A stretch of DNA of 64,000 nt from Candidatus Eiseniibacteriota bacterium (lineage in GTDB: Bacteria > Eisenbacteria > RBG-16-71-46 > SZUA-252). Shown here piece by piece: positions 49,412-58,930 of this stretch. The notes beneath the pieces were generated by a model, which searched no databases, was not told where the DNA came from, and worked only from the letters and a program-made list of their open reading frames with translations. The stretch is taken from assembly GCA_963703225.1 (NCBI GenBank), contig OY969801.1, positions 1,408,001 through 1,472,000 on the forward strand. The letters run 5' to 3'. How positions within the stretch are numbered: position 1 is the first letter of the stretch; the number at the start of each line of letters is the position of its first letter. The position numbers were made by a program, and so were the translations under genes.

Positions 49412-49440
49412 TTGACGACCCCGAGGGGGCGTGCTATTCG
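49412..49440 (+). promoter_or_regulatory. Sigma70 promoter, probably leaderless
   Basis: TTGACG-17 bp-TATTCG with extended TG. The GTG start is 6 nt downstream. Confidence 0.55.
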
Positions 49441-49446
49441 TGCGCC

Positions 49447-49824
49447 GTGTCGACCGACTCTCCCCAAGGCGCGATTTCGGAGAAAGAGATCGAAAGCGGC
49501 CGCCTCCTCGCCGCCGTGGCCTATCTTCCAGGGCTCTGCTTCGTGGGCCTCCTCACCGCGCCCGACAACCGGTATGTTGGGTTTCATGCCCGGCAAGGTT
49601 TTCTGGTCCTCCTGCTCGAAATCACCGCTTGGATCGCGATCGCCGTCTATGAGGGGTCGATCGGCCGTATCCCGGTTCTCGGGTTTCTGGTCGGCGCGGT
49701 GGTCCGGTTCGTCCTCGGGATTGGGTTTTTGGCCATGACCCTCTACGGCGTCATCAAGGGCGCCGCGGGCGAGATGGCCCGAATCCCGCTCCTGGGCGAC
49801 GCGATCGAGAAGATCCCATTCTGA
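49447..49824 (+). CDS. DUF4870-like membrane protein
   Basis: AAVAYL..FHARQG..IPVLG..G...RIPLLG pattern with three TM segments. Confidence 0.75.
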   Translation: MSTDSPQGAISEKEIESGRLLAAVAYLPGLCFVGLLTAPDNRYVGFHARQGFLVLLLEITAWIAIAVYEGSIGRIPVLGFLVGAVVRFVLGIGFLAMTLYGVIKGAAGEMARIPLLGDAIEKIPF

Positions 49825-50210
49825 TGTCGAGCCCTGGCGAAAAGCGGTTCTGGCTGCTCCGGCGCCTCTCCAAGGCGTTCAGCGTGGCAGCCTGGATCGT
49901 CCTCGTCCTGGTCGTGATCGTGACGCCCGTCGCGGTCGCCCGCGCGATCTTCCAGCGTAACCACGAAGAGCTGGTCTTCTGGATGAGCTATGCCGCCTCG
50001 GGCCTTCTGATCTTCATCAACCTGATCTGGGTTGCGCAGTCGATCCAGGCAATCCTCGCGATCGAGGAGAACACCCGGCACGCGGGGTACGTCCTCGAGA
50101 AGCTGACCACGCTGGCGCAGCAGATCAGGGACCGGCTGCCGGAGGAGTCCGAGGGGACGGACCGAGGCAGCCGCCCTCAGGGGCCGGACAGCGGGCCGAT
50201 CGGGCCCTAG
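49824..50210 (+). CDS. Hypothetical two-TM membrane protein
   Basis: Two TM helices followed by AILAIEENTR. One-base overlap with the upstream gene. Confidence 0.65.
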   Translation: MSSPGEKRFWLLRRLSKAFSVAAWIVLVLVVIVTPVAVARAIFQRNHEELVFWMSYAASGLLIFINLIWVAQSIQAILAIEENTRHAGYVLEKLTTLAQQIRDRLPEESEGTDRGSRPQGPDSGPIGP

Positions 50211-50233
50211 GCGGGCTCCAGCGTGGTCTGTAT

Positions 50234-50261
50234 TTGTCGCATAATAACTATTATGTCAACT
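50234..50261 (+). other. Chromosomal dif site (XerCD target)
   Basis: TTGTCGCATAA-TAACTA-TTATGTCAACT matches the 11-6-11 dif layout (E. coli GGTGCGCATAA-TGTATA-TTATGTTAAAT). It is intergenic, at the point where gene orientation flips. Confidence 0.92.
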
Positions 50262-50315
50262 TGCGCACGGGCTGGAGTGCCTAGGGTCCAGGCCGAGGTG
50301 TGCGCAAGTTGACAT
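50253..50315. repeat. 16-bp perfect inverted repeat duplicating the XerD arm of dif
   Basis: ATGTCAACTTGCGCAC at 50253-50268 and GTGCGCAAGTTGACAT at 50300-50315, separated by 31 bp. Confidence 0.9.
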
Positions 50316-50377
50316 GAATAGCGCGCTGGCGGACTTCCCTGCACCGTGGAGCCAGATAGTCGTCCGAGGCCGCGCGC

Positions 50378-52930
50378 CTAGCCTACGACGACGTTCACCA
50401 GCCGTCCCGGTACGTGGATCACCTGAACGACCTTCTTGCCTTGGGTGAACTTCGCGACCTTGGCGTCCGCCAGGGCGGCGACGCGGACCTCCTCCTGGCC
50501 AGCTCCCGTGGGCAGCTCGATCTGGGAGCGCACCTTCCCGTTGACCTGGACCACGAGGCGCTGGGTCTCGCGGGCGAGCGCGTCCTTCGCGACCGTCGGC
50601 CAGGGCGCCCGGAAGACCGATTCTTTGTGTCCCAGATGCTCCCAGGCACCCTCAGCCGTATGCGGCGCCAGGGGGCCCAGAAGCCGGGTGGCGATATCCA
50701 GAGCCTCGGCCGCCTCCGGGGTGCCCAAGTCGCCGCCCGCGGCCTGGTAATCCTGCACGGCGTTCACCACCTGCATGAGGCCGCTCACGGCCGTGTTCAG
50801 GTGGAGTCGATCCATATCTTCCAGGATTTGCCCGGACAGCTCGTGGATCCTTCGTCTCAGGTCCCGTGCCGGGCCGGAGGGCGCCCATGGTCTTCCGGTC
50901 GATTTGGCGACGTGGGGGCGACCCGCCCCGCTGCTTCCCTGGGCCCCAACAAAATCCTCGACCATCCTCCAGTAGCGCGTCAGGAATCGAAACGCCCCCT
51001 CCACGCCGCGATCGTTCCATTCCGCGTCCTTCTCGGGCGGGCCGATGAAGAGCGTATAGAGGCGCACGGTGTCGGCGCCGTACTTCTTGATCAGGTCGTC
51101 CGGGGCGACCACGTTCCCCTTCGACTTCGACATCTTGTGCCCGTCCTTGCAGATCATCCCCTGCGTGAACAGGCGCTCGAAGGGCTCGGCGAAGGAGACC
51201 AGCCCGAGGTCCTTGAAGACCTTGACGATGAACCGGGAGTAGAGGAGATGGAGGATGGCGTGCTCCACCCCCCCGATGTACTGGTTCACCGGGAGCCATC
51301 GATTCACCGCATCCGATGAAAAGGGAGCGGATTTCAGCTTCGGGTTGAGAAATCGCAGGAAGTACCAGCTCGAGTCCACGAAGGTGTCCATCGTGTCGGT
51401 CTCGCGCCGGGCCTCCCCGCCGCATTGGGGGCATTTCGCCTTCAGGAAAGCCTCGTTCGAAAGGAGCGGCGACTCCCCCGTCGGCTTGAATTCAACCTGC
51501 TCGGGCAGGAGCACCGGCAGCTCCGACTCGGGGACCGGCTGGATGCCGCACCGGGCGCAGGTGACCATCGGAATCGGCGCCCCCCAGTAGCGCTGCCGAG
51601 AGATCAGCCAGTCTCGAAGGCGATAGTGGACCCGGGCCTCCCCGGCCTTCTTCTCGACCAGGGCGCGAATCACCGCGCGCTTCCCCTCGTCGCTCGGGAG
51701 TCCATCGTGCGGCCCCGAGTTCATCATGACCCCGATGCCCTCGTAGGCCGCCTTGCCGTCCCACGCGCCGGCACCGTCCGCGCGCACGACCTCGACAATC
51801 GGCAGCCGGTAGCTCCGCGCGAATTCGAAATCGCGCTGATCGTGCGCCGGGACCGCCATGATGGCGCCCGTTCCGTAGCCCATGAGCACGTAGTTCGCGA
51901 CCCAGACAGGGATCGACGCCCCGGTCAGCGGATGGACCGCCTCGAGTCCCGTCGCGTACCCCTGCTTCTCCAGCTCCACCGCGAAGCGGTTCTCGACCCT
52001 TCGGCGCCGCTCCTTCGCGACGAATGCGGCCGCCTCGCCGGGGAGTTTTCCCTCCTCCATGAGCCGCGACACCAGTGGGTGTTCCGCGGCGAGGACGAGG
52101 AAGGTGGCTCCGTACAGGGTGTCGGGTCGGGTCGTGAAGACTTCGATCGGCTCCGTGCGTCCGCGCACCGGAAACCGGATCGAGGCTCCCTCGCTTCGGC
52201 CGATCCAGTTGGACTGCATGACGCGGACCTTCTCCGGCCAGTGCGTCAGCTGCTCCAGATCGTGGAGCAGCGGCTCGGCGTAGTCGGTGATCTTGAAGAA
52301 CCACTGCTCCAGCTCGCGGGTCACCACCTCCGTGCCGCAACGCTCGCACCGCCCCTCCACGACCTGTTCGTTGGCCAGAACGGTCTTGTCCGAGGGACAC
52401 CAATTGACCGCACTCTTGGCGCGATAGGCGAGGCCCCGCTTGTAGAGCTGGAGGAAGATCCACTGGGTCCAGCGGTAGTACTCGGGAACGCAGGAGGCGA
52501 TCTCGCGGCTCCAGTCGTATCCGAGTCCCCAGGAGATGAGCTGTTCCTTCATCCGGGCGATGTTCTTCTTGGTCCAGGTCGCCGGCGGAATCTTGTTCGC
52601 GATCGCGGCGTTCTCGGCGGGAAGGCCGAAGGCGTCCCAGCCCATGGGCGAAAGGACGTCGTAGCCCTGCATGATCTTCAGGCGGGTCACCACGTCGCCG
52701 AGTATGTAATTCCTTCCGTGACCCACGTGCAGATCGCCGGACGGATACGGGAACATGTTGAGGCAGTAGAAGGGCCTCTTCGCGGACATGGGATCCGCGA
52801 TCTCAAAGAGGCCGATCTCCTGCCAGCGCGCGCGAGCGCGGACCTCCATCGGACGGAACGGGTAGGCGGGCGCCCGCTCCCGCTCCTCGACGGAGTGGTG
52901 CGCGGCGGATCTCTCGCGTGGCTCAGGCAT
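50378..52930 (-). CDS. leuS: Leucine--tRNA ligase
   Basis: MFPYPSG.LHVGH, FTTRPDT, RQRYWG and KMSKS. Confidence 0.97.
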   Translation of the reverse strand: MPEPRERSAAHHSVEERERAPAYPFRPMEVRARARWQEIGLFEIADPMSAKRPFYCLNMFPYPSGDLHVGHGRNYILGDVVTRLKIMQGYDVLSPMGWDAFGLPAENAAIANKIPPATWTKKNIARMKEQLISWGLGYDWSREIASCVPEYYRWTQWIFLQLYKRGLAYRAKSAVNWCPSDKTVLANEQVVEGRCERCGTEVVTRELEQWFFKITDYAEPLLHDLEQLTHWPEKVRVMQSNWIGRSEGASIRFPVRGRTEPIEVFTTRPDTLYGATFLVLAAEHPLVSRLMEEGKLPGEAAAFVAKERRRRVENRFAVELEKQGYATGLEAVHPLTGASIPVWVANYVLMGYGTGAIMAVPAHDQRDFEFARSYRLPIVEVVRADGAGAWDGKAAYEGIGVMMNSGPHDGLPSDEGKRAVIRALVEKKAGEARVHYRLRDWLISRQRYWGAPIPMVTCARCGIQPVPESELPVLLPEQVEFKPTGESPLLSNEAFLKAKCPQCGGEARRETDTMDTFVDSSWYFLRFLNPKLKSAPFSSDAVNRWLPVNQYIGGVEHAILHLLYSRFIVKVFKDLGLVSFAEPFERLFTQGMICKDGHKMSKSKGNVVAPDDLIKKYGADTVRLYTLFIGPPEKDAEWNDRGVEGAFRFLTRYWRMVEDFVGAQGSSGAGRPHVAKSTGRPWAPSGPARDLRRRIHELSGQILEDMDRLHLNTAVSGLMQVVNAVQDYQAAGGDLGTPEAAEALDIATRLLGPLAPHTAEGAWEHLGHKESVFRAPWPTVAKDALARETQRLVVQVNGKVRSQIELPTGAGQEEVRVAALADAKVAKFTQGKKVVQVIHVPGRLVNVVVG

Positions 52931-53885
52931 GGTCGCCTCTCTGGATCTCCCGCTCGACGGTATCTCTCAACTCGCGGTCCCGGATTTCTCCGCGCTTCAT
53001 CGCGAGGTCGGCCCGGTAGACGGCGTGGAGGGCCCGCCGCGCCAGGGCGGGCCGAAGCGGAGTCCCCGGCGAGGAACGTCCGCGTGGGTACCCGTAGGCT
53101 TGGGGCTCGAGGGCGGATAGCGCGCGCTCGGCGATCGCCCAGAGGCAGGCCGTGCCGCCGATTCCCTCGAGGTCGAGCGCGGCCGCCTCGGCGCGCGCCC
53201 TCGCGGCGTCTCCCTCCAGCACCGCCGCCGCCCATCGCGTGGCCGACGCCGATCCCCTGGCGCCCGAAAACGCGTCGAGCGCCGACGCGTCGATCGTTCC
53301 ATCGGGCCTGCGAAGCAGCGCGAGCTTCTCGATCTCCCGGCTCAACGCGAGAAGGCTGGGGGCCCTCATGGCGAGCGCTTCGAGCGCTCCGCTTGGGAGT
53401 CGTAGATCCGCCTCACGCAGCAAGCGCTCGGCCCATCGACGTGTCTCGGCAGGGCCGCCCGCGCAAGCGACCACGGTGGCCCGTTCGGCGAGCGCCGCGA
53501 GGCCCTTCAACTCGCTCACCTCGCGGGCCGTGGTGAGGAGGACGCGAACCCCTTCCCCCTTCCCCAAAGACCAGTCGAGCAAGGCCCCCTCCGCTCCTCG
53601 CTCCATCTTGGACCCTTCTCGGATCCAGATCCGCCTCAGGTCCCCGAACAGGGAAATCGAGCCGAGAGCCTCGGCCAACCCGGCCGCGGAGAGATCGTCC
53701 CCCTCCAGCCGGAGGAACTCGGCTCGCTCCCCTTCCCCGCCGGCGCGAAACGCCGCCAGCGCGCGATCGCGGAGGAACGCATCCGGCCCGGCCGCGATCG
53801 TGAGCGGCGCGATCGCGGCCGCGGGGCCGGACAAGAGACGCTCCGCCTCGGCGGCCGCGACGCGCGAGGGGGGATCGGTCACCAT
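52923..53885 (-). CDS. holA: DNA polymerase III delta subunit (divergent)
   Basis: G.DAFLRD, SLFGDLR and LSREIEKLAL. Located between lptE and leuS. Confidence 0.7.
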   Translation of the reverse strand: MVTDPPSRVAAAEAERLLSGPAAAIAPLTIAAGPDAFLRDRALAAFRAGGEGERAEFLRLEGDDLSAAGLAEALGSISLFGDLRRIWIREGSKMERGAEGALLDWSLGKGEGVRVLLTTAREVSELKGLAALAERATVVACAGGPAETRRWAERLLREADLRLPSGALEALAMRAPSLLALSREIEKLALLRRPDGTIDASALDAFSGARGSASATRWAAAVLEGDAARARAEAAALDLEGIGGTACLWAIAERALSALEPQAYGYPRGRSSPGTPLRPALARRALHAVYRADLAMKRGEIRDRELRDTVEREIQRGDHA

Positions 53886-54409
53886 CCCTGCACCGTCCGG
53901 CTCACGATCTGGTCGGTGAGCTTCTGGATCACGTCCTTCCTCCCGTCCGATTCGGTCTGGGCCGGCGTCGACCCAACCGGGACCACGCTATAGGTCGTGC
54001 GGACGGTCATCTCGTCCTCTTTCCAGACGTCGCGATTCTTGACCTGATCGCGGAGCACGATCTTGACCGCGAGGATGATCTCATACTGCGTCGCCACTTC
54101 CTGCGACGTGTAAGCGTAGACGCGATTTCGGTAGGCGAGCACGGTTCCCCGGAGGACCGAGTCGGCGTCCCGCTCCCGCTCCAGCCTAAGTCTCCTGTCT
54201 GCGAGGAACCCGTTGATCAGGGACTGGGTGATGTCGTCCGAGAGGCCATGCTCCACCGTGTTGTTCACGAGCGTCGGAATCGCGATCGTCTTGATGTGGG
54301 CGGGAAGGACGCTCGAGACGGTGTATCCGCAACCCGTTCCGGCGACGAGCGCGGCGGCCAGAATCGCCGCCAGCCAGCGGGTGCTATCCGAGGTCGCTCG
54401 TCGCGGCAT
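53879..54409 (-). CDS. lptE: LptE-family lipoprotein
   Basis: Lipobox ..AGTG-CGY, LPAHIKTIAIP, ADSVLRG and a C-terminal W. Adjacent to holA and leuS. Confidence 0.8.
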   Translation of the reverse strand: MPRRATSDSTRWLAAILAAALVAGTGCGYTVSSVLPAHIKTIAIPTLVNNTVEHGLSDDITQSLINGFLADRRLRLERERDADSVLRGTVLAYRNRVYAYTSQEVATQYEIILAVKIVLRDQVKNRDVWKEDEMTVRTTYSVVPVGSTPAQTESDGRKDVIQKLTDQIVSRTVQGW

Positions 54410-55815
54410 CGTTGAATCCGTAGAGCTTCATTCGATAGCGGAGCTTGTCGCGCTTCATCTGGAGGAGGGCCGCGGTCTTGCTCTGGTTGCCTCGCGTCCA
54501 ATCGAAGGCGCGCTGGATGGTCTCCCGCTCCACGTCCCCCAACACGGTCTCCAGATCGATTCCTCCCTCGGGAAACTGGCCCGACTCGATGACCGCGCGG
54601 AGCGCGTCGAGGCGGGTGCCGGCCCGCGCCTCTGGCGCGGCGATGGCCGCGTTCAAGTGGACCGCCAGGATTCGGTCCCCTTGATTCAGGAGCACGATCC
54701 GCTCGAAGAGATTCCGAAGCTCCCGGATGTTCCCCGGCCAAGGATACGACAAGAGGATGCGCTCCGCCTCGGGGTCGATGGCTGAGGAAGGACTTGTTGA
54801 AGGTTCGGCTGAATTGCGCCAGGAAGTGGCGGGCGAGCGGGAGAATGTCCTCCCGCCGCTCGCGCAGCGCCGGAACCCGGATCGGAACGACCTTCAGCCG
54901 GTAGTAGAGGTCCTCGCGAAAGCGCTGCTCCCGGACCATCGTTTCGAGGTTCTGATTCGTCGCCGAGATCACCCGGACGCTCACCGTGATGTCCTTGGTC
55001 CCGCCGACGCGCTTGAACGTCATTCGCTCGAGAACCCGGAGGAGCTTGACCTGGATGGTCAGGCTCATCTCTCCGACCTCGTCGAGGAAGAGCGTCCCGC
55101 CGTTCGCGAGCTCCAGAAGTCCCTGCTTCTGCTGGCGCGCGTCGGTGAAGGCGCCCTTTTCGTGGCCAAAGAGCTCCGACTCGAGGAGCTCGCGCGGGAT
55201 GGCGGCGCAATTCACCTCGAGCATCGGCCGGTCCCGTCGCGCCGAGAGGTCGTGGATCCAGTGCGCGATCAGCTCCTTGCCGGTCCCGCTTTCCCCCTCG
55301 ATCAGCACGCTCGTGGAATCGCTGCCCGCCACCTGGTCGACGATGGCGTACACCTTCTGCATCGCCGGGCTCTCGTTCTTGACGAAATCGCGGGAGAACT
55401 TCTGGATCTTCTCCCGGCGATGGTGCTGCACTTCCCGCCCCAGCTGGCGCGCCGCGGTCTCGCGTTCCAGGACCAGGAGGAGCTCGTCGCGAATCGGTTT
55501 TCCCTTCGTGAGGTAGTCGCGGGCGCCGAATCGCATCGCCCGAACGGCCGTCTCGTGGTCCGGCTCGCCCGTGAGCATGATCACGATCGATTCGGGCCAC
55601 TGCTCGCGAATTCGCTGCAGCACGTCGATCCCGCCCAGGTCGGGCAGCCGGATGTCCAGGAGGACGAGGTCGGCCGCCTCCTTCTCCAGCGCCTTGAGCC
55701 CCGCCTGTCCCGAATCGGCGGTCGCGACCTGAAAGCCTTCGGCCTCCAGGTCCCGGGACAGGAAGTACCGGATCGTCTCGTCGTCGTCGATGATGAGAAT
55801 CGAAGCTTTGGCCAT
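54384..55815 (-). CDS. Sigma54-dependent response regulator (REC-AAA+-HTH, NtrC/AtoC type); frameshift near 54780
   Basis: IIDDD..LLDIRLPD receiver, GESGTGKE, ESELFGHEKGAFTDA, WPGNIREL and a Fis HTH (GNQSKTAALL). Confidence 0.92.
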
Positions 55816-55827
55816 GAATCGACGCCC

Positions 55828-57682
55828 TCAGGCGGGGTCCAGAGGAAGCACGATCTGGAACGTGGTGCCATGCCCGGGCGCGCTGCGGACATCGAGGGCG
55901 CCCCGGTGACGCTGCACGATAGCATGCGCGACGAAGAGGCCGAGCCCGGTTCCCTTCGGGCGCGTCGTGATAGAAGGGATCGAAGATCCGGGGGAGGTGC
56001 TCCGCCGCGATTCCCGAGCCGGTGTCCTCGATCTCGATCGAGTGGCCGCCCGCTTCGGTCCGAGCCCGCACCGTGACACGGCCTCCCGCGGGGGTCGCTT
56101 GGACGGCGTTTTGGATCAAGTTCAAGAGCACCTGCTGGAGCTGATCCGCGTCGGCCGTCACCGTGGGCCATCTATCGGCAGCCTCGAGGATGATCGTGAC
56201 CCCGGCCTCCTCGGGCGCCGGTTTCAGGGCCCGCAGCGTTCGGCCGACAATTTCCTGGACCTTGACGCGCGCGAGATGAAGCTCCCGCGGCTTACTCGCG
56301 GTGAAGAGATCCTGGATGATCGTGTTGAGCCGGGTGACCTCCCTGAGAATGAACGACACGCTCTCGTGCCGCTCGTCCCCTTCCGGAAAGCCCCGGCTCA
56401 GGAACTGGACGCCGGTCGCGATTCCCGTCAGGGGGTTTCGAATCTCGTGAGCCACGCTTGAAGCGAAGCGGCCCAGCGCCGCGAGGCGGTCGAGCTGGCG
56501 GATCCGCTCCTCCATGATCCTGAAGCTCGATACGTCGATCAGCGTGGCGAGCGCGCCCCGCACCATCCCCTCCGCGTCCCGGAGCGGCGCCGTCGATACC
56601 TCGACCGGACAGGAGGTGCCATCGGGGCGCGTCACCTGGTGCTCCACGCGCTCCTCGGCAACGCCCCGCTCCAGGCAGCGGATCAACGCGTCGTGCCATG
56701 GGCGCCTGGGAGCCAGCCGCCCCATCGGCTGCGCCTGCGCCTCCTCCCGCGTGATTCCGAGTATCGCCTCGGCCGCCCGATTCCAGGCCAGCACCACGCC
56801 CCGGGCGTCGATCGCGACCACCCCGAGCGGGAGGTTGAGAACGACCTCATCTCTGAAACGCGCCTCGAAGTCGAGGGCCTCCTTGAGCCCCAGGTTGACG
56901 AGGATCGCGCCCAGCGAGGGAACGACCGCCTCGAGGGGGGTCATCCGGTCCGCGGCGCTCTCCCCCTCGACCCCCAAGAGCCCGACGATGTGGCGAAACT
57001 CACACTGACCACAGGCGCGGTGCCCCCCTGCCATGTCCTCGAGGAGTGCCCCCGAGAGGGCGCAGGAGCCGCCTCCGGACAGCGCCCCGGGACAGGGGGG
57101 TATTTCATCGGAAAAGTGGTCGTGAGGCAATTCCCCGCGAATCGGGAGGGGATGCCAGGGCCCGCCCTTGCGGGAGCCGGTCGGTCCGACCCAGAGGGGG
57201 GTCGTTCCCTTCCCCAGCGCGATCCACCGAAGCCAGTCAGGTTGGAGCCACTGGACCGTGACCCGCTCGGGACGAATGCCCAGTGCGGTCGGGTCTCCGG
57301 ACGAGTAGAGCGTGAGGGTCGGCGGGGATCCTTCGATCACCCCGAGCCAGAGGTGGGGCTCGTCGAGGGCCCTCGCGAGGTAGTTGACCAGGATGTGGAA
57401 CGAATGGCCCGGCTCGCCGCCCAGGGCGGCGAATGCCATGAGCTCGCCCAGGCCCCTGAGCTGCATCCGCGTCGCGAGCTCGCGTCGGAAGTTGCCCTCG
57501 AGATCGCGGAGGAGAAGCTCCACGAGCGCTTCGATCGAGAGCGGATCGGGCCCGTCCGGAGAGCCCGGCTCGAGTCCGGAGAGCGGGGGGAGGCCGCAGA
57601 GCGAGCGGATCTCTTCGGCACGACGCCACAGCCGCTCGTAGGCGGCGCGCTGGGTCTGCGTCGTGGGTGTGGGCGCTCTCAC
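55828..57682 (-). CDS. Soluble sensor histidine kinase (Cys-containing N-terminus, PAS, HisKA, HATPase); frameshift near 55970
   Basis: PAS (GVVAID..WNRAAE), AHEIRNPL, NLIQNAVQA, DTGSGI and KGTGLGL. No TM helix seen. Confidence 0.9.
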
Positions 57683-57760
57683 GGGATTGTGGCGGGTCCC
57701 GCGGCCGCGGCCGCACGCTGGAACTCAAGCCGCGTCGGCCGCGCGCTTCGACCCGCGCGC

Positions 57761-57790
57761 ACGCTAGCACCCGGCCGCAAGGGGGGTCAA
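57761..57790 (-). promoter_or_regulatory. Sigma70-type promoter for the kinase/regulator operon
   Basis: On -, TTGACC-18 bp-TAGCGT with extended TG. Confidence 0.5.
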
Positions 57791-57815
57791 GAAAAAGGCC
57801 CGCGTGTGGCGGGCC
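57789..57815 (-). terminator. Rho-independent terminator after the sugar transferase
   Basis: GGCCCGC/GCGGGCC stem with a 5-nt loop, followed on - by TTTTTCTT. Confidence 0.75.
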
Positions 57816-57845
57816 CTCCCATTCCTCTGCGATGAGCGGGGCGCC

Positions 57846-58559
57846 TTAGTGGGCTCCCTCGCCCCGCGCCATCACCTTGACGGTCGCGGCCATGATCTTG
57901 AGGTCCAGGAGGAGGCGTCCGTGGCGGACGTAGTAGAGATCGTATTGGAGCTTCCGATTCACCGTCTCGATCGAGGAATCGTAGCGCGACTTGACCTGGG
58001 CCAAACCGGTGATGCCGGGAAGCGCGCTGCAACGCATCGGATAGTCGGGGAGCGACTCCGTGATGGAGGCGACGAACATGGGGCGCTCGGGGCGCGGGCC
58101 GACGATGCTCATCTCCCCCCGAAGTACGTTCCAGAGCTGCGGCGTCTCGTCCAACCGGGTCTTGCGGAGCAGACGCCCGAGCCGTGTCACCCGCGCGTCC
58201 TTCTCCGCCGCCCATACCGGGCCAGTGCTCCGCTCCGCGTCGGCGACCATGCTCCGGAACTTGTAGATCTTGAAGGGGCGGCCAAAGGTGTCGGCTCGCC
58301 TGCGGTCCGTTCCGGACGGCGGCCCGCCGTTTCGGGAGCGACGCCGGTTGAGGCCGATCCGTTCCTGGGTGTAGAAGACCGGTCCCGGGCTATCGAGCTT
58401 GATCAGAACCGCGACGAGGGCGAATACCGGCGAGAAGAGGAGCATGCCGACGGCGGAGAGCACCACGTCGAGGAGCCTCTTGAGGGCCCCCTGGACGCGC
58501 TCCCAGCGCGGCCTTGATGGCGCGCGCCTGGCCGTCAGTTCCGAGGGGAGAATCATCAT
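57846..58559 (-). CDS. Priming phosphoglycosyl transferase (Bac_transf, small monotopic type)
   Basis: [20 protein letters not shown] and [23 protein letters not shown]. Confidence 0.92.
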   Translation of the reverse strand: MMILPSELTARRAPSRPRWERVQGALKRLLDVVLSAVGMLLFSPVFALVAVLIKLDSPGPVFYTQERIGLNRRRSRNGGPPSGTDRRRADTFGRPFKIYKFRSMVADAERSTGPVWAAEKDARVTRLGRLLRKTRLDETPQLWNVLRGEMSIVGPRPERPMFVASITESLPDYPMRCSALPGITGLAQVKSRYDSSIETVNRKLQYDLYYVRHGRLLLDLKIMAATVKVMARGEGAH

Positions 58560-58770
58560 GCCGATTGAGCCTTCATCCTAGGTCGTCGCGCCGGTGAGAC
58601 CCGAACGCGTACCGCGGGGCCACCAACGACCCAACGGACGGGCTCAAGTTTGGGCTCAACCCCTCTAGGGCACCGGCACCAGTCGAGGTTGGACGGTGGA
58701 GACAGAAGTGGGCTACTGCAGAGACCTGCGAACGACTCCGCGGATCGGCACGCCCCCCACCAGCAAGAGA

Positions 58771-58799
58771 ATTCTACCAAACCGGCGGCGGCGATTCAA
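58771..58799 (-). promoter_or_regulatory. Sigma70 promoter for the sugar transferase
   Basis: On -, TTGAAT-17 bp-TAGAAT with extended TG. Confidence 0.6.
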
Positions 58800-58930
58800 G
58801 CGGCTTGGTAATTCACTGTCGCCGTTTGGTTTATCGATAGCATCGAAGAGGGCGCGGAAGGGGAGGCTTCCAACGCCCTCAGTTCAGTGCAACAGCATGC
58901 AAGGTGGCCCCGATCGGGCGGCCGCTCCAG

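Noticed and set aside
54686..57682. 998-aa hybrid kinase
   Set aside because: A frameshift near 55970 causes off-frame read-through over the separate response-regulator gene.
58888..58902. Sigma54 promoter upstream of the sugar transferase (TTGCATGCTGTTGCA on -)
   Set aside because: It lacks the invariant GG and the spacing is wrong. A sigma70 promoter at 58771-58799 fits better.
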